DNA of 32,000 nt from Zymomonas mobilis subsp. mobilis ATCC 10988. Lineage in GTDB: Bacteria; Pseudomonadota; Alphaproteobacteria; Sphingomonadales; Sphingomonadaceae. A program made the position numbers and the translations under genes. The notes beneath the pieces were generated by a model. That model saw only the letters and a program-made list of their open reading frames with translations, did not search any database and was not told the DNA's origin. This document shows, piece after piece, positions 27,138 to 32,000 of the stretch; position 1 is the first letter of the stretch, and every line of letters starts with the position of its first letter. The stretch covers positions 990,001-1,022,000 of the forward strand of contig NC_017262.1 in the NCBI RefSeq assembly GCF_000175255.2, given 5' to 3'.

Positions 27138-27620
27138 ATGTCCCAAAGTGAAATGGGTATTTTGAAACGGCGGCGGATTGAAGCTGAGATTATCAAGCCA
27201 ATTTATGATGCTATGTCGCGTCATTTCGGAAAAGAAAAAGCGCAGGCTGTTTTAAAAGAAGCGATTGCAGCAGATGCCATTCGTGCCGGAAAAGAAATGG
27301 CCGAAAAGCAACAAGATAAAGGCGGGGCAACGCTTAGCAATTTTGCGGCGATGCAATATCTTTGGGAACAGGATGATGCTTTGAAAGTCGATATATTGGC
27401 AAGCGATCATCAGCATTTGGACTATAATGTTACCCGATGCCGTTATGCAGAAATGTATCGTGAAATGGGATTAGGAGAGATCGGCTCAATTCTGTCTTGC
27501 ACGAGGGATGCTTCTTTTATTGAAGGTTATAATCCCGATATCGAAATGAGCCGAAGCCAGACGATTATGAAGGGCGCTGATTTTTGTGATTTTCGCTATC
27601 GCTTGAAAGCGAAAGAATAG
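27138..27620 (+). CDS. L-2-amino-thiazoline-4-carboxylic acid (ATC) hydrolase family protein
   Basis: About 160 aa. The C-terminal Cys-rich block VTRCRYAEMYREMGLGEIGSILSCTRDASFIEGYNPDIEMSRSQTIMKGADFCDFRY matches my recollection of the ATC_hydrolase family signature. AAGGAG lies 9 nt upstream of the ATG at 27138. The track ORF starts at 27105, overlapping the M20 stop. Confidence 0.7.
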   Translation: MSQSEMGILKRRRIEAEIIKPIYDAMSRHFGKEKAQAVLKEAIAADAIRAGKEMAEKQQDKGGATLSNFAAMQYLWEQDDALKVDILASDHQHLDYNVTRCRYAEMYREMGLGEIGSILSCTRDASFIEGYNPDIEMSRSQTIMKGADFCDFRYRLKAKE

Positions 27621-27658
27621 TCTGGCCTCAATATTTGCAGTTTTGGGAATGGCGCGGT

Positions 27659-29077
27659 TTATAACAGCGGACTGACTAATCGCGCCAGATTTTCCATGAC
27701 TTTACAATAGCAGGGGCGCAGGCGCCATGCCGCCTTACTGACTTCATCGGCATTTTTTAGATAATCCATTTCGATATTTTGAAGCTGGGCAATAGCTTCT
27801 TTATCGTAAATGATTAGGCTGACTTCTTCATTGAGCAAGAAAGAGCGAATATCGACATTACTGGAGCCAACCATCGCCAATTTGTTATCAACACTGATAT
27901 GCTTGGCATGGAGGAGCTTGTCTCTGTAGCGATGGATATGAATACCGGCGCTTAGCAATTCTTGATAATAGCTTTTTTGTGCCATGCTAACCAAGATTTG
28001 GTCGGCAATTTTCGAGACAATAATGTCTATCCTGACCCCGCGTAAGGCCGCCGTTTTTAAAGCCGCCAGTAAATCGCTATCAGGGATAAGATAGGGTGTA
28101 ACGAGCACTATCTGTTTTTTTGCGGCGTAAATGCCGGTAACCAGCATCGTTTCGAAACCGGCCAAACGGTAATCTGCCCCGCTGGGTAACAGCTGTAAAA
28201 TATGGCTACCTTCTTTGGGGGGCACCAAATGAGGTGTGTCCCTCATTCTATCAGGTAATGCCCCGCTTTCGAGATACCAGTTTATCGCGAAGAGCGTTTC
28301 CATTTCAAAAACGATGGGCCCTTCGACCCTGACTGTTAGTTCCTGATTAACAACGCCCGGCCGCCAGTCGCGATTGATAATATTTTGTGATCCAGCATAG
28401 CCAATCTTGCCGTCTATAATGAATAATTTTCGATGATTTCTCATATCCCCGCGTGTCCGCCCTCTTAACAGGCGAAAGGGCAGGGCTTCCCTTGCATCAA
28501 CTCCAAGGCTTTTTAATTGCTGGATAACCTGTTTACCGGAGCGGCGTGATCCCAAGGCATCAATCAATATCTGGCAATTAACGCCTCTTTTCGCGGCGCG
28601 TCCCAAGGCAGCAATAATCTGTTGGCCGGAGCGGTCGCTATCAAAAATATAGATAACGAGATGAACATGTTGTTCGGCTTTATCAATATCGGCGGCGAGA
28701 TGATCAAAAAGCGCCTGATAATCAGAAATATAAAGCATCCGGTTACCCGATAAGGCGGGCATATGACCAAGGTTTTCAGCAAGATCGGCAGCCAAGGCCG
28801 CTTCGGCAGGGAGAGAGGCTACCGAATTTTGTAATTTTTGCCTTTGTTCTTCCAGAAAAGATTTGAGATTGGCAAAACGTTCTGCGCGCCATGACGGAAA
28901 ACGTGCCTGACCAATCATCAAATAAAGAAGCAAGCCCAGAGCCGGTTGAAAAAAAATCAGCAACAGCCAGCTACTGGCGGCTTGTGGTGTCCGGCGCATG
29001 GGAACGATGACGAGCATCGTCAAGCGTATCAGCCACGCGACTACTTCATAAAAACTTCCAAGCGTCATTAAGGTCAT
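27659..29077 (-). CDS. cls: Cardiolipin synthase (PLD superfamily, ClsA-type)
   Basis: 472 aa with two N-terminal TM helices and two HKD motifs (HRKLFIIDGKIGYAGSQN and HAKHISVDNKLAMVGSSN). Confidence 0.93.
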   Translation of the reverse strand: MTLMTLGSFYEVVAWLIRLTMLVIVPMRRTPQAASSWLLLIFFQPALGLLLYLMIGQARFPSWRAERFANLKSFLEEQRQKLQNSVASLPAEAALAADLAENLGHMPALSGNRMLYISDYQALFDHLAADIDKAEQHVHLVIYIFDSDRSGQQIIAALGRAAKRGVNCQILIDALGSRRSGKQVIQQLKSLGVDAREALPFRLLRGRTRGDMRNHRKLFIIDGKIGYAGSQNIINRDWRPGVVNQELTVRVEGPIVFEMETLFAINWYLESGALPDRMRDTPHLVPPKEGSHILQLLPSGADYRLAGFETMLVTGIYAAKKQIVLVTPYLIPDSDLLAALKTAALRGVRIDIIVSKIADQILVSMAQKSYYQELLSAGIHIHRYRDKLLHAKHISVDNKLAMVGSSNVDIRSFLLNEEVSLIIYDKEAIAQLQNIEMDYLKNADEVSKAAWRLRPCYCKVMENLARLVSPLL

Positions 29078-29141
29078 TGCCGGACATCTGAACAGAAAAA
29101 GGGAAAATAATGTATCATTAAAAATAAGAGAAAGGGCAAGT

Positions 29142-29528
29142 TTAGGGTTTTGAAAGATGAGATGATAGCCGATCTACCGACTGATCTATCAACATCGTGT
29201 TATCAGGGTAACAGTTAATGGCAGGCGCGTTTCGGCCATTTTTCCAGATGATATATTTATCTTTGATAATTAAGCTGTGACTCATATCGCCATAGCGAAC
29301 GTCTTCGCTAGTTTTAACCTGTTGCAATGTCATGGAAGATCCATGCCGGAATGTCAGCTGGACATCATGGTTAAGATCCCTGAACAGAGTATCCATGCCT
29401 AGACCATCATCACAACGATAATAAACCCGATGATGGCTGGCCATTACCTTGCTTTCATCGGCGAGGGCGCAGCCGCCCAAGAGAAGGCAGAGACAAGTTA
29501 TAAGGACTGTATTTTTTTTGATACGCAT
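29142..29528 (-). CDS. Small lipoprotein, MliC-like fold (tentative)
   Basis: 128 aa with lipobox LLGG|C. The mature part follows the MliC/YdhA layout (YYRCDDG ... LQQVKTSEDVRYGD ... IWKNGRNAPAINC), including the two conserved Cys. The SxSGxxY-type loop is not conserved. Confidence 0.45.
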   Translation of the reverse strand: MRIKKNTVLITCLCLLLGGCALADESKVMASHHRVYYRCDDGLGMDTLFRDLNHDVQLTFRHGSSMTLQQVKTSEDVRYGDMSHSLIIKDKYIIWKNGRNAPAINCYPDNTMLIDQSVDRLSSHLSKP

Positions 29529-29868
29529 AATTTTAGAGCGCCGTTATTCGATTAAGCCATTGTTTTTTCATGGGTAGTTTACCTTTTAAAAATCAAAATA
29601 GACAAGTGTGATTATATTGTTTTTTAGGCCTTGTTTTTAATATTTTGACATATTTTATTTGATCTTATTTCTATTGGGTTTTTGCCTTTATCCCTTGTTC
29701 TTTATGTTTTTTATTGTTGGCATAGCGGCGTGTTATTCTTGGATAGTGATATTGATTTTCAAAATTTGTTAGAGTTGTATTATTTTTTCTAAAAAATGAA
29801 TCATTTTTTTTGAAACAAAAATAAATAATCTTTGTTCTAACCTTCAAAGAACACGTTAGGAGAAGATC

Positions 29869-30624
29869 ATGCGTTTCCAAGATAAAATTGTCGTTATTAC
29901 CGGCGGTGGTAATGGTATGGGAAAAGCCGCAGCAGAGCGTTTTTCTTCGGAAGGGGCGATCGTTGTTCTGGCTGATTGGCAGATCAAAGATGCTGAAGAA
30001 GTAGCGGCTTCCTTGCCGAAGGATCGGGCATGGCCTTACAAGATTGATGTTTCAGATCCCGATGCCGTCAAAAAAATGATGGATGATATTGCGGCAAAAT
30101 ACGGCAAGATTGATGTTTTGGTGAATAATGCCGGTATTTTAATCCCCGGTAAGATTATGGATGCTTCGGTCGAGGATTGGAAAAAGATTTCATCGGTCAA
30201 TATTGATGGTGTTATCTACTGTGCCAAATTCGCGATGCCTTATCTCATAAAATCCAAGGGTTGTATTGTTAATACGGCCTCGGTTTCTGGTCTGGGTGGC
30301 GATTGGGGTATGGTTTATTATTGCACCACCAAAGGTGCGGTTGTGAACTTTACCCGTGCTTTGGCCTTGGATTCAGGCGTGAATGGTGTTCGCGTCAATT
30401 CGGTTTGCCCTTGCCTCGTTAAAACCAAAATGGCGGCTAATTGGCCGGAATCTGCCCAAGCCCAATTTAAAAATCGCGTTTCTTTGGGGCGTATTCCTGA
30501 AGCTGAAGAAATTGCGTCGGTTATGGCTTTCCTTGCCAGCGATGATGCCCGCTTTATCACGGGTGTAAATTTGCCGGTTGATGGTGGAGCAACGGCTTCA
30601 GATGGTCAGCCGCATTTGGGATGA
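29869..30624 (+). CDS. Classical short-chain dehydrogenase/reductase (FabG-like)
   Basis: 251 aa with TGGGNGMGKA, NNAG and the catalytic S...YxxxK (YCTTKGA). AGGAG RBS 7 nt upstream. Confidence 0.9.
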   Translation: MRFQDKIVVITGGGNGMGKAAAERFSSEGAIVVLADWQIKDAEEVAASLPKDRAWPYKIDVSDPDAVKKMMDDIAAKYGKIDVLVNNAGILIPGKIMDASVEDWKKISSVNIDGVIYCAKFAMPYLIKSKGCIVNTASVSGLGGDWGMVYYCTTKGAVVNFTRALALDSGVNGVRVNSVCPCLVKTKMAANWPESAQAQFKNRVSLGRIPEAEEIASVMAFLASDDARFITGVNLPVDGGATASDGQPHLG

Positions 30625-30658
30625 TAACCGCGCTCTCCCTATTTTCTTGGTAAGTCTG

Positions 30659-30698
30659 AAAATGGCGAGGCTTTGGGAACAAGGCTTCGCCATTTTTT
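30659..30698. terminator. Bidirectional rho-independent terminator
   Basis: aaaatggcgaggc / ggcttcgccatttt form a ~13-bp stem with one G.U pair. An A-run lies 5' and T6 3'. The element sits between the stops at 30624 (+) and 30709 (-). Confidence 0.8.
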
Positions 30699-30708
30699 AA
30701 GCGATTGT

Positions 30709-30945
30709 TTAGATTATTTTGTAGCCGTGCTGTGTTTTGGCTTGGATATATTTTTCTAGGGCGCTTTGGGCTTCGGAAAGAGAAGAAAAAGAGAGGGCCT
30801 CTCGAAAATTATGGCGGCATTTTTGGCCGATGCGTCCCCAATCTTTCTTGATGATCCAGTCGTTGAACAAGCTAGGCGACAAGTAAAGCTGATAATAGCG
30901 ATACATATTTTTAGCGGGATCAATATGCTCAAGATGAACGATCAT
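30709..30945 (-). CDS. WGR domain-only small protein
   Basis: 78 aa. NMYRYYQLYL...WIIKKDWGRIGQ...F.SLSEAQSALEKYIQAKTQHGY follows the WGR domain pattern (W-G-R-I-G core). Confidence 0.75.
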   Translation of the reverse strand: MIVHLEHIDPAKNMYRYYQLYLSPSLFNDWIIKKDWGRIGQKCRHNFREALSFSSLSEAQSALEKYIQAKTQHGYKII

Positions 30946-31139
30946 CAGCCATAGCCTTTGATGTCTATTAGACGATCGTTTTAAAATAATAAAATAAAAG
31001 TAATTTTACAATTATAGGAAAAGAATAAAATTCTTTTTACGCAGAGAACGAGGCTTCAGATTTCTAGTCTCAAGACATAAATCTGTTTGTTTTTAAGGAT
31101 TTATATAAAGGATAAAGCGAAATTCGCGATAAGAAATAA

Positions 31140-31216
31140 TGGTCGGGGAAAGAGGATTCGAACCTCCGGCCCCTGCCTCCCGAAGGCAGTGCTCTACCAG
31201 GCTGAGCTATTCCCCG
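31140..31216 (-). tRNA. tRNA-Pro (anticodon CGG)
   Basis: Folded by hand from the reverse complement. Acceptor CGGGGAA/TTCCCCG. D-arm GCTC-AGCCTGGTA-GAGC. Anticodon arm CTGCC-TTCGGGA-GGCAG, with CGG at positions 34-36. T-arm GGAGG-TTCGAAT-CCTCT. Discriminator A plus encoded CCA. 77 nt. Confidence 0.95.
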
Positions 31217-31559
31217 ACGATTTAAAGATAAGCTTGAAAAGCCTATCATTGCCTGATGACGGCTCTCATATAACTTGCATGATCGTCTGGCAAGCAGAAT
31301 TATACAAAAAACAGGAAAATTTTGATTTTTTAGGGTTGGAAATAGGCCAGAGCGCGTTTTTGTTAAAATTTCTATCTTTTAAAGACTGTGTTTTAAAAAT
31401 GGTGTTTTCTTAACAGCCTTTTGTAAATTTTTATGGATATGGCCAGACTGGGGCTGGCTGAGAAGTCGATATCGGCTATATCCTCGGCTTGATCGGCGGT
31501 TCCTCTTGGAATTTTTTCTGGTTGGTTTTTGTCTTTGCTGTTTGGATCTCTATCAATTT

Positions 31560-32000
31560 ATGCCTTCTTTATCTGAAATAATGCTTATTTTTGCCCGCGC
31601 TCAAAATGGCGTAATTGGCAAGGATAACACCATGCCTTGGCATATTTCTGCTGATTTGAAACATTTTAAGGCCTTAACGCTTGGTCATCCGATGATTATG
31701 GGGCGGCGGACTTTTGAGAGTTTGCCCGGCTTGCTGCCGAAAAGGCCACATATTGTTTTGACCCATAATCATCATTGGCAGGCGGAGGGTGCCGAAGCCG
31801 TTTGTGATTTGGAAGAGGCCATAAAAGCTGCTCGGAAATATAGTAGCCAGATCGCGGTGATTGGTGGAGCCAATATTTTTCAACAATTTTGGGATAAAGC
31901 GGATCGGATCGAACTGACCGAAATTTATCGCGATTATTCCGGTGATACCTTTGTCGATTTGCCGGATATGAATCATTTTTCTTTGGTAGGACAAGAGGAT
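31560..32000 (+). CDS. folA: Dihydrofolate reductase, 3'-truncated by the window edge
   Basis: Absent from the ORF track because no stop lies within the window. The translation (MPSLSEI)MLIFARAQNGVIGKDNTMPWHISADLKHFKALTLGHPMIMGRRTFESLPGLLPKRPHIVLT...IAVIGGANIF...DRIELTEI is a canonical type-I DHFR. The start is either ATG 31560 or ATG 31581; neither has a clear SD. Confidence 0.9.
   Translation, partial: MPSLSEIMLIFARAQNGVIGKDNTMPWHISADLKHFKALTLGHPMIMGRRTFESLPGLLPKRPHIVLTHNHHWQAEGAEAVCDLEEAIKAARKYSSQIAVIGGANIFQQFWDKADRIELTEIYRDYSGDTFVDLPDMNHFSLVGQED

Noticed and set aside
27659-29077. PLD-superfamily (HKD) protein considered as a nuclease or defence effector
   Set aside because: It has two N-terminal TM helices, two evenly spaced HKD motifs and a size of 472 aa. 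That is the standard ClsA cardiolipin synthase architecture, and no partner defence genes are nearby.
29671-29880. 69-aa minus-strand ORF in the AT-rich spacer upstream of the second SDR
   Set aside because: Its Lys/Asn/Phe-rich low-complexity translation is typical of AT-rich non-coding DNA. It would overlap the SDR start codon and RBS, and it has no SD.
29529-31139. Possible genomic island integrated at the 3' end of tRNA-Pro (WGR gene, SDR, AT-rich flanks)
   Set aside because: There is no integrase, excisionase or phage/conjugation gene in the flank. I could not find a direct repeat of the tRNA 3' end (tggtcggggaaagaggattcgaa) by eye. Both flanking genes have ordinary terminators and composition.
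31087-31413. 108-aa + strand ORF
   Set aside because: It runs straight through the tRNA-Pro gene (31140-31216), whose cloverleaf folds perfectly, so it is a spurious ORF in an AT-rich spacer.
31674-31994. 106-aa minus-strand ORF at the window end
   Set aside because: It is antisense to an unmistakable DHFR reading frame on the + strand, which the track misses only because that frame has no stop inside the window.
1-32000. Scan for CRISPR arrays, IS or transposase genes, long direct or tandem repeats, rRNA genes, and riboswitch-like leaders (e.g. ZTP/pfl near purD or folA)
   Set aside because: I saw no regularly spaced repeats, no transposase- or integrase-like ORFs and no rRNA-like sequence. 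purD has no leader because it overlaps xseA. The folA upstream region shows no ZTP-like conserved core that I could recognise. Only one tRNA-like TTCGAATCC T-loop is present.

Overview
This 32-kb window reads as ordinary core chromosome of a moderate-GC alphaproteobacterium with very AT-rich intergenic spacers. From memory, and not verifiable here, the gene order and proteins resemble Zymomonas mobilis (Sphingomonadales). I support 28 protein-coding genes, one tRNA-Pro(CGG) and several intrinsic-terminator hairpins.

Left to right the genes are:
- the 3' part of an RND efflux operon (AcrB-like permease, then a NodT/OprM lipoprotein)
- a SIMPL/DUF541 periplasmic protein
- an orphan RND-type membrane-fusion adaptor
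- a DUF445 membrane protein
- lgt
- an MFS sugar porter
- rpmB
- tadA
- a CNNM/CorC-type protein
- a membrane-tethered helix-hairpin-helix-like protein
- purD and xseA, arranged head to head
- a PepSY-TM-like protein
- a small RHH protein coupled to hemH
- a Dabb protein
- a GT4 glycosyltransferase plus a KpsC/KpsS-family protein
- a Tat-signal-bearing YghA-like SDR
- a divergent ProC-family reductase
- an M20 amidohydrolase plus an ATC-hydrolase-family protein
- cardiolipin synthase
- an MliC-like lipoprotein
- a second SDR
- a WGR-domain miniprotein
- tRNA-Pro
- the 5' part of folA

I see no CRISPR array, IS element or transposase, integrase, prophage genes, or recognisable defence or toxin-antitoxin system. 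I also see no convincing novel multi-gene system.

The best second-look candidates are all inference-level:
- the ProC-like / M20 / ATC-hydrolase trio at 24.9-27.6 kb
- the predicted Tat-exported NAD(P)-type SDR with a palindrome in its leader
- the KpsC-like + GT4 pair with no capsule export genes in view
- the purD/xseA pair with overlapping start codons
- several operator-like inverted repeats in the AT-rich spacers
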